Source: a virus. From it: a stretch of DNA of 64,000 bases. Positions 1 to 8,590 of this stretch are shown here, piece after piece; within the stretch, counting starts at the first letter, position 1; every line of letters begins with the position of its first letter. The notes below the pieces were generated by a model. That model was not told the origin of the DNA, made no database searches, and saw only the letters and a list, made by a program, of their open reading frames with translations. The stretch is taken from the IMG/VR virus record IMGVR_UViG_3300044274_000305; one strand, 5' to 3'. The translations under genes and the position numbers were made by a program.

Positions 1-92
1 GAGGTAAAAGCGATCGTTCCGGCGCGGTTCCTTCACCCGGCGGCCGGTACCGGTCTGGAAAGCGGTATCGGGACGCTTGATCTCCGTAGCCA

Positions 93-494
93 TTAGCTCA
101 CCATCTTGTCGTCGAGGGAGCCGCCGGCGGCCACGTGATCGTCGCAGATCCGCTTCGCTTCGGCATAGGTGCATGGGTTGCCATGGAAGGTGGAGAAGTT
201 CTCCGGGCTGAGCAGCATGTCGCGCCAGGTCGGCGCGCAAGCCTCGCACAGATTGTTTTCGCCACCGGTGCAGCGCTCACCTTCGAAGATCGGCTCGCAA
301 CAGCCTTCGCAATGGTCGATGACCTCCTTGTCGTGCTCCTCAAGGAAGGCTGTGATCTGTTCCTCGAGTTCGCGGTGCGGGCGCTCGGCTTCCTTCAAGG
401 CCTGCCGTTCCGGTTCGGCAGCCTGGTAGGCCTCGTTGGACCGGCGCTGAAGCTCACGATACTGGTCTTTGATTTCTTGGATGGGCAAGCTCAT
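93..494 (-). CDS. hypothetical protein, coiled coil plus Cys motifs (CEGC, CEAC)
   Basis: 133 aa ORF, overlaps the upstream gene by 4 nt, part of the leftward operon. Confidence 0.7.
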   Translation of the reverse strand: MSLPIQEIKDQYRELQRRSNEAYQAAEPERQALKEAERPHRELEEQITAFLEEHDKEVIDHCEGCCEPIFEGERCTGGENNLCEACAPTWRDMLLSPENFSTFHGNPCTYAEAKRICDDHVAAGGSLDDKMVS

Positions 495-745
495 GATATT
501 CCGAGACCTCTTTCAATCGCTTGTTTTCTGATCTTGGCCCACATCACGGAGTCGGCCCATCGGCCCCTCGGTGTGTCGCCATGACGCCGGCGCAACTGCC
601 GCCGCCTGAGTTTCAGCTGCCTGTCGACGAGCTTGTAGTGATCGCCGCAGATCCATTCATCGTACTGGCCGACCGGATCGCCCTTCCGATCGCCACGGGT
701 GCGGTTGCAATACGGCACGCAACATTGAAGTCTCTGCCCGGCCAT
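491..745 (-). CDS. small Cys/His (zinc-binding-like) hypothetical protein
   Basis: Start re-called at ATG 745 (MAGQRLQCCVPYC...ICGDH), just after the upstream stop at 748. Confidence 0.65.
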   Translation of the reverse strand: MAGQRLQCCVPYCNRTRGDRKGDPVGQYDEWICGDHYKLVDRQLKLRRRQLRRRHGDTPRGRWADSVMWAKIRKQAIERGLGIS

Positions 746-747
746 GC

Positions 748-1512
748 TCAGTGCCTCAGAAACGTGATGTTGTTCCGGCTCTCCCAGCACAGGGCACAGG
801 TGCCGCAGCAATCCGTCTTGCCGGTCTGCTGGGGGCACACCGTCGATGTCGGGTGGGCCTGGTCGGGGTGGTCGACGACTTCGGACGCCATGGCCTTCAT
901 GTCTTCCATGTCGGCGCCGGAGAACCGGATCATCCACCGGTCCGGGTAATCCCGATGGATGGCGGCGATGGCCTGCGTGATCGGTTCATCCGCATCGGCC
1001 CGGGCGGTAAAGCCGAAGACATGCAGTTGCGGATAGTTCTCCATGAGCGCGTGCCACCGCCGGACATAGGCCGTGCTGTAGAAGTCACCAAGGACATGCA
1101 GCCGAACCACGAAGCCGAGCGGGTGTTGCACGGCCAAGTCCTGGATCTCGAGATCGATAAACAACTCGAGGTCCGGTCCGTGGCGCCAACGCTGTGCCAA
1201 GTGCATGTTGTTGCCGTAGCACCCGACATAGAGGGGGCAATAGGCCGGACAGGTCGCCCGCTCCTCCAGAGTGAGCATGTAGATCGGGAAACCCTTCCAC
1301 TTGCCCTTTACGACTTCCCGGCCGATTTTCCCGTTGTTGTGTCCGGACTTGAAGATCCAGCCGACCTCCTCGGGATCCTTCACGGTGCTGGGGTAGACGG
1401 TCCGGTTCTCAAGCACCGGTGGCGAGTCCGCGAATATCTTCCGGCCGGTCTGACCTTTGCCGCCGCGATGCGGGTGGCGCGTCATTGCTAACGGGGTAGG
1501 ACGAGGCATCAC
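748..1512 (-). CDS. GP88-like (mycobacteriophage gene product 88 family) Cys-rich protein
   Basis: CPAYCPLYVGCY, RLHVLGDFY and C-terminal CPQQTGKTDCCGTCALCW motifs. Confidence 0.7.
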   Translation of the reverse strand: MMPRPTPLAMTRHPHRGGKGQTGRKIFADSPPVLENRTVYPSTVKDPEEVGWIFKSGHNNGKIGREVVKGKWKGFPIYMLTLEERATCPAYCPLYVGCYGNNMHLAQRWRHGPDLELFIDLEIQDLAVQHPLGFVVRLHVLGDFYSTAYVRRWHALMENYPQLHVFGFTARADADEPITQAIAAIHRDYPDRWMIRFSGADMEDMKAMASEVVDHPDQAHPTSTVCPQQTGKTDCCGTCALCWESRNNITFLRH

Positions 1513-1652
1513 AGGTACCTCGCTCCCAGAAGCGCCACGATCAGAAAAGCGATGGAAGCAAATAGGCTGAATTTGGATTTTTGCTCCTCAGCCACCGCAG
1601 CGGCGGCGAGGGCAATAACTCCGACAACAAATGAAACCAGGAGTGCGAGCAT
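1509..1652 (-). CDS. small two-TM membrane protein (47 aa, not in the ORF track)
   Basis: MLALLVSFVVGVIALAAAAVAEEQKSKFSLFASIAFLIVALLGARYL, fills the gap between neighbours exactly. Confidence 0.6.
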   Translation of the reverse strand: MLALLVSFVVGVIALAAAAVAEEQKSKFSLFASIAFLIVALLGARYL

Positions 1653-1653
1653 T

Positions 1654-1902
1654 TCAGACACCTCCATACCTGTCGGCCGATGACGGGTAGCCTGTCAGCG
1701 GCGCCTTCGACTTCTCGAATTCCGTGTGAAGTTCCAGGAGCGCCGGGCTCCATTCCTGTTTGTCCCGGGCCGTGACGTACATGACCAAGGCCTCGTCGTG
1801 GCCCGGCATGATCACCCGGAGGCGTTCGAACCGGTTCTCGAGCTCGAGCAGCCGGCCGCCCCGGGCGATGAGCCAATCCTTGAATGAGCTGATGTCAGAC
1901 AT
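1654..1902 (-). CDS. hypothetical protein
   Basis: 82 aa ORF, coupled to its neighbours. Confidence 0.6.
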   Translation of the reverse strand: MSDISSFKDWLIARGGRLLELENRFERLRVIMPGHDEALVMYVTARDKQEWSPALLELHTEFEKSKAPLTGYPSSADRYGGV

Positions 1903-2098
1903 CGGTCACTCCCTGAGCCTTGGCGATCGCGGCGCGAACCTTGTCCCGGGCGGTCTTGGTCGAGGTGTCCGGGCCTTTGCCGCTCTTGTTGGTGGAAAAG
2001 TGAGGCGTGTAAGTCAGGATTGCCTCGGCATGAACCAGCGCCTCGTACATGTCCTTGATCACCTCGGCGTAGGGAGCGAGTGCGATTTGCTTAGACAT
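1895..2098 (-). CDS. hypothetical protein
   Basis: 67 aa ORF with 8-nt overlaps on both sides. Confidence 0.6.
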   Translation of the reverse strand: MSKQIALAPYAEVIKDMYEALVHAEAILTYTPHFSTNKSGKGPDTSTKTARDKVRAAIAKAQGVTDV

Positions 2099-2714
2099 CG
2101 GACACCTCCTCGAAATGACCCTTGGTCCGGAGATGGAAGAAGAGGTCCGCGATCATGCCCAGCTTCTCCCAGGCGTTCTTCGGCGGCTCCGGATCCCCAA
2201 AGATCTTGTCGAATGCCTCGACCAGTGTCGGCCAGCGGAACTCTTCCTTGTCGTCCTTGTCGGACGGCAGCTTGCATTCCATCTGGCAGGCCGGTTTCTG
2301 GATGTCGATGAAGGTGAGACCGTCCCGGCGCCACTTCCGGACGAACGTGTCACGGGGCTTTCCCATCTGCTCGGCAAGCTTGTAGAGCAGGGAGTCGATG
2401 ACCCGGTTATCCAGGTCGCCATAGGTGATGACGGCCCGGCACTTGCCGGCGATGTCGGCCAGGAGAGCGAGGCAGGGGGCTTCCGCCACCCCGATCCGCT
2501 CGCACATCTTCGGGTCGATACCGTGCGCGTCGAAGGCGCCGGGCTTCACCGGCCGGTTCGCCGGCTTGATCAGGAAATCCAGCGCGCCGTAGCGATTGGC
2601 CTTCTCGTCGGTGTATTCCGCGGCGATCGAGATGGCCCACGGCTGCGCCTTCGACTCCGGCGGAAGCTCGGACCGATACAGGCCAGAGGTCTCCATCTTC
2701 AGGAAGAGGAACAT
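2091..2714 (-). CDS. DEDDh (DnaQ-like) 3'-5' exonuclease-fold protein with degenerate active site
   Basis: FLKMETSGL (ExoI), AHGID, RWPTL.EA, KNAWEK (ExoIII position). Confidence 0.7.
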   Translation of the reverse strand: MFLFLKMETSGLYRSELPPESKAQPWAISIAAEYTDEKANRYGALDFLIKPANRPVKPGAFDAHGIDPKMCERIGVAEAPCLALLADIAGKCRAVITYGDLDNRVIDSLLYKLAEQMGKPRDTFVRKWRRDGLTFIDIQKPACQMECKLPSDKDDKEEFRWPTLVEAFDKIFGDPEPPKNAWEKLGMIADLFFHLRTKGHFEEVSDV

Positions 2715-3736
2715 GCATAGGCCTCCTCGATCCGGTCATTGCTGGCAGCGGAGGCGTCCTTTACGTCCAAACCTTCCTTGAACCGTTTCTGATGCAGCCC
2801 GTAAATCATGAAGGCGAGTGCCTTGTCGGTCTCGTTCGGTGCCGGGTCGTATTTCGCGCCAAAGAACTTGTCCCAGACCTTTTTTAAGCTGTCGGCGGAT
2901 TGAGCGTGGGTGAGACCCTTGTTCAGTTCCTCATAGGCAGAGCGGGCGACGGCCGGCGCCTCGGGACGCGATGAAGCGCCGGCCGCTTTCCCCGGTGCAG
3001 TATGGGACGCACCGGAGGTACCAGAGGCGCGGTCCGCCGGCGCCGTCTGGTTCTCGATCGCCGATTTCGACTTGTCGTCGGCGAATGGGTTGCTCTGGGT
3101 GATCGGCTTGGCCCGTTCGGACCGGTACCGGGCGTCTTCCTCGTCGAATTCGTCGGTGCCGTAGACCCCGGTGATGACGCCAGGCTTGTAGCGGCGGCAC
3201 CATTGACGGACGCCGCGGTTGTAGAGCATGCCATCCGGGTCATCGCGCCAAGCTGCCTTGACGTCGCCCCCCTTTTCCCTGGTGTGCCATGACCCAAACG
3301 TGCCCTTCATGATCTCGATGGATTCGGTGGTGCCGTCATCTTTCCATTCAGAGGGAGACAGGTAGATCGTCCGGGTGTCGCCTTGACCCTCGTACCGGGA
3401 GAACAGCTTGACGCCGTAGCGCTCCTGCAGGACGCTGTCGACCAGCTTGCCCTCATAGCAAAGCTTGCCGTGGACCAGAGACGTGCATTGCGCGACGCTC
3501 ACCGGATCCGCGCCCCATGTCGCGGCCTGGTTCGCCACCAGGAAGCAGTTGCCGAGCGTTTCGTCCGGTGTTTTACCCTTCAGGTGTTCCGGGATGATCG
3601 ACGCCTTAGCCATGACGCCGGCCCACCTCATCACCATTTCGAAGCGCTGCGGGTCAAACGAGCCGACCGGCTTGAAGAAGTCGGCCTCTGCAACGGCGGT
3701 GTTCTGGTCCGCGACCATAAGTTCTTGAGAAGACAT
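2699..3736 (-). CDS. recT: RecT-like ssDNA annealing protein
   Basis: IIPEHLKGK..GNCFLVANQAATWGADPVSVAQCT..HGKLCYEGKL pattern, located downstream of a RecE-like gene. Confidence 0.7.
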   Translation of the reverse strand: MSSQELMVADQNTAVAEADFFKPVGSFDPQRFEMVMRWAGVMAKASIIPEHLKGKTPDETLGNCFLVANQAATWGADPVSVAQCTSLVHGKLCYEGKLVDSVLQERYGVKLFSRYEGQGDTRTIYLSPSEWKDDGTTESIEIMKGTFGSWHTREKGGDVKAAWRDDPDGMLYNRGVRQWCRRYKPGVITGVYGTDEFDEEDARYRSERAKPITQSNPFADDKSKSAIENQTAPADRASGTSGASHTAPGKAAGASSRPEAPAVARSAYEELNKGLTHAQSADSLKKVWDKFFGAKYDPAPNETDKALAFMIYGLHQKRFKEGLDVKDASAASNDRIEEAYACSSS

Positions 3737-3749
3737 GTAGTGCTCCGAA

Positions 3750-4001
3750 TTAGCCGGCCTTGGCGGCGATCAGCGGTTCAATGATGGAAATCAGCTCGGC
3801 GACGGTCATGACCTTCCGGTCCAGAACCTCGTCCTCAAGTTCAATGTCGAAGGTGGTTTCCAGGTGCAGGATCAACTGGACCCCGTCGAGGCTGTCGAAA
3901 CCGAAGCTGGAGAAGATGTCGCAATCGTCGGCGATCTCCTCGAGCTTGACGCCGAAGTCGTCGACCATGATTTGCCTGATTTCATCTGCGATCGTTCTCA
4001 T
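3750..4001 (-). CDS. acpP: acyl carrier protein (phage-encoded)
   Basis: 83 aa acidic protein, GFDSLD phosphopantetheine motif, LETTFDIEL, TVAELI; GAGG SD before ATG 4001. Confidence 0.85.
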   Translation of the reverse strand: MRTIADEIRQIMVDDFGVKLEEIADDCDIFSSFGFDSLDGVQLILHLETTFDIELEDEVLDRKVMTVAELISIIEPLIAAKAG

Positions 4002-4009
4002 GGCTTGCC

Positions 4010-5086
4010 TCACTGGTAATAGGAATCGTCGGTCATCTCGTAGACGCCGCGATTGGGGATCCAGTCGGCGCCATCGCCGAACTCGTCGCGCAGCCGGCGG
4101 TAATCGTCGATCGCGCGCTCAACGTCATTGATGGCGTTCTGGAAGTCGGTCTTGCCGGTCCACTGGACGACAAACGGGGACGGGGCGCCCTTGCGCTTCA
4201 CTGCAAGCCAGAACCAGGCCGGCTCGTCATGGTCGAAGCAATCCTTGAGGAAACCGTCATAGGGTTCGGTACCGAAGAACGGCAATGCCTCGTCGAGATA
4301 GAGATCCCGGGCCTTGCTCCAGATCCGGCGGTAATGTGCGCCCTGGATCTTGTAGCCGAGCCGCTTGACGGTCTTCTCGAAGGATTTCTCCAGCGGCTCG
4401 TCGAACATCGGCGCGTAGCTCTTCAGATCGATGATGCCGGGCCGGATGAGCCGGTCGAGCCGGCATTTGATCAGCACGCCGTTGTCGTCGAGAATGATCG
4501 AGACTTCCGGGGCACCCTCCACAAAGGTACCGTCCTTCATGGAGTCGCCGATCAGCGGATCCCGGTTCAGCCACTCGGCCGCCAGTTCGATCTGGCGGAA
4601 CATCTTGGCGTCGAGCTCTGTCTTGCCCTCGTTCAGGGCCTTGTGCTCGGCAATGATGTCATCCGCGATGGGTTTCGCCGGCTCGAGATCCCGGGCGAGT
4701 TTGATCAGTCCCGGCTTGTTGAGTTTCGAAAGGCCGGTCTGCCCGAGCTCCGTCAGGAAGGCCTTCAGGTCATCGGTGGTTCGGAGCGCATCTTCCGGGA
4801 TGTCCGGCGGCACGTTGACGAAGAACCGGTCCTCGAATGCCTGGCGGCCTTCAAGCGTTCTTGCGTGCAGTGCGCTGCCGAACAGCTTGGCCTTGCTGTC
4901 GATGTCTTCGCCATAGAGGCGATCGAACTGGTACTCGTAAGGATCAATGGCCAGCTTCTTGATGCTGGTCGATCCGAGCGCCGGGATCTGGTGATAGATG
5001 TCCTCGGGAAGGTTGAAGTAGATGCCGGGGACCGGGTTGTCGATGAGGGATTGCAGGAACTCTGCAGAGTAGGGGCACGTGGTCAT
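4010..5086 (-). CDS. RecE/ExoVIII-like PD-(D/E)XK exonuclease (DUF3799-like)
   Basis: YHQIPALGSTSIKKL, FGSALHARTLE, KCRLDRL..IIDLKS. Confidence 0.8.
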   Translation of the reverse strand: MTTCPYSAEFLQSLIDNPVPGIYFNLPEDIYHQIPALGSTSIKKLAIDPYEYQFDRLYGEDIDSKAKLFGSALHARTLEGRQAFEDRFFVNVPPDIPEDALRTTDDLKAFLTELGQTGLSKLNKPGLIKLARDLEPAKPIADDIIAEHKALNEGKTELDAKMFRQIELAAEWLNRDPLIGDSMKDGTFVEGAPEVSIILDDNGVLIKCRLDRLIRPGIIDLKSYAPMFDEPLEKSFEKTVKRLGYKIQGAHYRRIWSKARDLYLDEALPFFGTEPYDGFLKDCFDHDEPAWFWLAVKRKGAPSPFVVQWTGKTDFQNAINDVERAIDDYRRLRDEFGDGADWIPNRGVYEMTDDSYYQ

Positions 5087-5100
5087 TGTGGGGTTCCGGT

Positions 5101-5331
5101 TCAGTCGAAAATCAGGGATTCCTCGAGAGCATCGAGCGGTTCACCCATTGCCCGCTTCAGATGAGCCTCGACGGATATGTCAGCGAGGCTCGGCTCTCGC
5201 TCCTCTCGAGGTGGTTTCTTCCGCCGAACGGGTTCCAACTCCTCGCCGTGCTTATCGATGCTGTGCTGAACAGCGCCTTGGCGCGTAGCGAACGGCTTCT
5301 TGCAACGCATGCATTCAAATGGCTTGCGCAT
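5101..5331 (-). CDS. C2H2 zinc-finger protein
   Basis: KPFECMRCKKPF-x8-H-x4-H. Confidence 0.7.
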   Translation of the reverse strand: MRKPFECMRCKKPFATRQGAVQHSIDKHGEELEPVRRKKPPREEREPSLADISVEAHLKRAMGEPLDALEESLIFD

Positions 5332-5343
5332 CTCGGTCTCCGA

Positions 5344-6096
5344 TCAGTCGAAAAGGTTGCAGCGGATCGGCTCGCGGCCGGCGGCTTTCTGGATTGATGG
5401 GGTATCCGGGACCAGCCCGCCGATCTCCAAGACCAGCTTCATGCGGATGGCATCGGCGAAGCCCTCCTGGCTGCGGACCGGTATCGCAAAGGATCCCGGG
5501 CCACCGATCACGCAGTCCTCGTAGTAGTGATCGAGGTTCAGCATGGCCTGCCAGGTGTTCTTGTTCGACTTCATCATCAACGGCAGTCCGTTGATGGTGA
5601 CGCCTTCCGCAACCATCCGGTCGCGCATGGCCGTGACGGAACCGCCCTGGTTGTTCGGGCCGTCGCCCGATACGTCGATCACTTGCCGCAATCCCTGATA
5701 CTGGTTGGTCTGGACGAGGAAGACGGCTTTCTCGAGCGCCGAAGCGATGGAGGTGCGCTGGACTTGCCGGAGCGGGGCATTTGCAATCTGGGCAGCAAAC
5801 TGTCCGGCCGATGGTGCATCCTCAATCACGGACCAGTCCGCAACGATGAAGTGCTCGTCGACTCCGCCCCATTCCATGTAGGTAACGGCGATCCGGCCGA
5901 TCGGTCCGGCCTGGATGGCGTCGAGGAGGTCTTGGGACGTCAGCGCCGCGACATAGCCGGCGCGCTGCACTTCCTGTTCCTCCGTGTCCATGGATTGCGA
6001 GACGTCAACGGCAAGGACGAGCTCAACGTCCACCTCACCAGCCCCGAAGCCGGCCAGGGACGAAGCGAGGACGAGTTCCTTGAGCATCGCAATCAC
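5344..6096 (-). CDS. DUF1194 / vWA-domain protein
   Basis: LVLAVDVSQS (MIDAS DxSxS), VIDVSGDGPNNQG, YYEDCVIGGPGSF. Confidence 0.85.
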   Translation of the reverse strand: MIAMLKELVLASSLAGFGAGEVDVELVLAVDVSQSMDTEEQEVQRAGYVAALTSQDLLDAIQAGPIGRIAVTYMEWGGVDEHFIVADWSVIEDAPSAGQFAAQIANAPLRQVQRTSIASALEKAVFLVQTNQYQGLRQVIDVSGDGPNNQGGSVTAMRDRMVAEGVTINGLPLMMKSNKNTWQAMLNLDHYYEDCVIGGPGSFAIPVRSQEGFADAIRMKLVLEIGGLVPDTPSIQKAAGREPIRCNLFD

Positions 6097-7397
6097 TCCG
6101 CGGCTTCGGCGGTGACGCCGGCGACATGTCCGTCAACGATCTCGATCGCCGACGGACGATCAGAGGAAACCGTCTCGACCCAGCACTGCAAATCGTTGTC
6201 CCGGGCGAAATCAGCGAGGAGAGCCATGGAGTCGCTGTCCAGCAATGCGCCGTCCCGGATCTGCATCACCCGGAGCTCCGGGTTCATCGCCGCGACGATG
6301 GCCACGCTGGCGCGCAGCTGCTCGGCCTGGCTTGCCTGGGAAAGCGGGATGCCGTTGAGCATCACGACCTGGTTCTCGATGGTCAGGCCATCCGGGAGAC
6401 TTGCGGCCGAAAGGACGGCATCTGCCATTGCCTTGCGCTTTGCCTCGATCGCAGAGGTGAGCTCGGTTTCTTCCTTCTCGAGCTCGAGGCATTCGTTCAG
6501 AAGCTTCTGGTAGGCGATGTGTTGCCGGATGCGCTCGTTGTGGGCGCGCGCATTGTTGAGCTCCGTCTGGAGATCGTCCGTGCTGGCAATCTCCTTCTCG
6601 GGGCCCATCTCGGTGAGCAGAGTTTCATTGCGCTCGAGTTCCTTACGGCAATTCGAAAGCGTCTCTTCCAGGTGAGAGATTTTCTGTTTGAGCTCGTCGA
6701 TCTGCTCGTTTGTCTTTTTGATCGAACTCAGCTCAAAATCGATCGCGTTCTGATAGGCCTGACGTTTGGTACGGTCTTCGTAGATTGACCGGTTGCCCTC
6801 GTTGACGTCGTTGATCTTGACGATAATCGCGTCTTCATCGATTTCCTCGCCCGGATCGGTGTCGGATGCCGGCGTTGCCTGCAGAAGCGTCTCCTTGTTG
6901 CTCCGGTCCCGTTTTACGTCCCGGCGTTCCTCCAGGAGGCGGCGTTCATCTTTCCGGGCCGCGTCAAAATCGAAGTCCGGCACCGCTGCCTCAAGCGCGG
7001 CGATCTGGTCCGCTTCCTTCATGCGGCAGAACGCCAAGGGGTCGAAGGAAAGGGCGTTGGTCAGACCGTCCAGGATCTCCTGCGGCTTCTGGTACCGGGC
7101 GCCGTCGGCCGTCTCGACAGTCAGGCTGTGGCTGTAACCCTCTGCGCCCTTGTCGATGAACTTCCGGGTTACCTTGAGGTGGCCGAGATCGACCTTGATG
7201 GTCGCGCGCTCTTCGCCGGCACGGACCGGCTTCACCGGATCTACCGACTTGCCCTTGATCGCGCTCCAGATCGCATCGAGGATGCTGGACTTGCCGGCGG
7301 CGTTCTTGCCTGTGATCTCAACCACGCTTCCGTCCGGGGTGATCGAGACGGCCGAGAGACGTTTAAAGTTCTCGGCTTCCAGAGAGATGATCTTCAT
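6093..7397 (-). CDS. SMC/Rad50-like ABC ATPase with long coiled coil
   Basis: ENFKR, Walker A GKNAAGKSS, signature-like LSQASQAE, IRDGALLD. Confidence 0.85.
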   Translation of the reverse strand: MKIISLEAENFKRLSAVSITPDGSVVEITGKNAAGKSSILDAIWSAIKGKSVDPVKPVRAGEERATIKVDLGHLKVTRKFIDKGAEGYSHSLTVETADGARYQKPQEILDGLTNALSFDPLAFCRMKEADQIAALEAAVPDFDFDAARKDERRLLEERRDVKRDRSNKETLLQATPASDTDPGEEIDEDAIIVKINDVNEGNRSIYEDRTKRQAYQNAIDFELSSIKKTNEQIDELKQKISHLEETLSNCRKELERNETLLTEMGPEKEIASTDDLQTELNNARAHNERIRQHIAYQKLLNECLELEKEETELTSAIEAKRKAMADAVLSAASLPDGLTIENQVVMLNGIPLSQASQAEQLRASVAIVAAMNPELRVMQIRDGALLDSDSMALLADFARDNDLQCWVETVSSDRPSAIEIVDGHVAGVTAEAAE

Positions 7398-7659
7398 TGA
7401 GGATGGTTTCCTTGCTTGAGTTCAGCCAAGACCTGGTCCGGCTGAGGTCGACGTCTTGAAATTGGTGGATCACGGTGGTCTCCGGGCCGGCGCTGCGCCT
7501 GATGAAATCCAGGCAAGCGTCCCTGTTTCCCGCGCTGAAAGCCGGGAGGTCTCGGTCATCGAAAAACACATCGTGATCGTGGTAGGAGTCCCAGGTGCCG
7601 TTCCGGCGCCGGACGAGTCCTTCCCGCTCCCGGAAGAGGATCTTCCGCGGTGCCGGCAT
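7363..7659 (-). CDS. hypothetical protein
   Basis: Start re-called at ATG 7659, immediately after the upstream stop. Confidence 0.45.
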   Translation of the reverse strand: MPAPRKILFREREGLVRRRNGTWDSYHDHDVFFDDRDLPAFSAGNRDACLDFIRRSAGPETTVIHQFQDVDLSRTRSWLNSSKETILNEDHLSGSREL

Positions 7660-7660
7660 G

Positions 7661-8008
7661 TCAGGAAACGAGGCGGAGTTGACGGCTTTCCGTAAGCTCG
7701 GCACGCCATTTCTTGAGGACCGAAATCAGGCCACTCCAGGCGTTCCATTCATGTTCGGAGATTTGGATTTTCCCGGCAGCTGCAGCGATGCGTTTCTCGG
7801 CGTACAGATGCTCGTGGATCTGGATCGGCTCGTCGAGAAGCGACGGCAGCCGGAGGCAGGGATCGAAGCTTTGAAGGTAGAGGAAGCAGATCAGCAATTG
7901 CCGATCTCTGATGATGTCGCCGACCATGTCGACCGGTGGAATTTCGACACAAATAGGCCGTTCGCCGTCGCGGTCCCAAGCCGCGAGCGCGTCAAGAAGC
8001 GTGCTCAT
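7661..8008 (-). CDS. hypothetical protein, first gene of the leftward operon
   Basis: ATG 8008 (MSTLLDAL), downstream of the predicted PL promoter. Confidence 0.55.
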   Translation of the reverse strand: MSTLLDALAAWDRDGERPICVEIPPVDMVGDIIRDRQLLICFLYLQSFDPCLRLPSLLDEPIQIHEHLYAEKRIAAAAGKIQISEHEWNAWSGLISVLKKWRAELTESRQLRLVS

Positions 8009-8052
8009 TTTTGATTTCCCTTGATAGGCCGCATTGCCGTGCGACTTCACGA

Positions 8053-8105
8053 ACGCTAACAAGGGAAAAATCCCACGTCAAGTGGGAAAAGAGGAAATTT
8101 CCCAC
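8053..8105 (-). promoter_or_regulatory. PL-like promoter with two operator boxes
   Basis: TTGACG (8081-8076)-N17-TAGCGT; boxes GTGGGATTTTTCCCTT (8061-8076) and GTGGGAAATTTCCTCT (8090-8105). Confidence 0.75.
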
Positions 8106-8147
8106 ATCGCGTATTGACCGTGGACCAAATTCGTAGTCTGAAATGGG

Positions 8148-8177
8148 AAACGCCCCCGGCGGGAACCGGAGGCGTTT
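8148..8177. terminator. GC-rich hairpin, probable terminator downstream of the repressor
   Basis: aaacgcccccgg-cgggaa-ccggaggcgttt inverted repeat. Confidence 0.45.
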
Positions 8178-8590
8178 AATGAAAAAGACCGCAATGGTTG
8201 GGCGGAAACGGTCTTCGTCTTGGCAAGAATCATCCTTAGACGAAGTATATTCCTACGTCAATCATTTCGCGGCGGATGTGTGGGTTTCGGCAACCGGTCC
8301 ACCACATATTGGCGAAGCGGAGCGATGGACGGGATGTGATCGAAGCTCCAACGGGTCTCGTCGTGAGGGTTGTGCCCGTGATCATCGACCAGGTCGGTCG
8401 AAAAAGTAACCCTGGCAAGTGACCAGACCAAAGGTCGCGCCCTCGGCATGCGCCGTCCCATCTGCCTGTGGCAGGGATAGCCCCCGAGAGACGGTCCGGC
8501 TCGTTTTTCAACGGGCTTCGGGTTTCGTCTCTCTCGACCACACCGAACCCTCTACCTTGGCAAAGACAAAAAACAAGGGAATCTGGTTGG

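Noticed and set aside
8236-8541. ORFs between cI and the PL terminator (8236-8541, 8258-8461)
   Set aside because: No recognisable motif or clear SD, and I cannot choose a frame.
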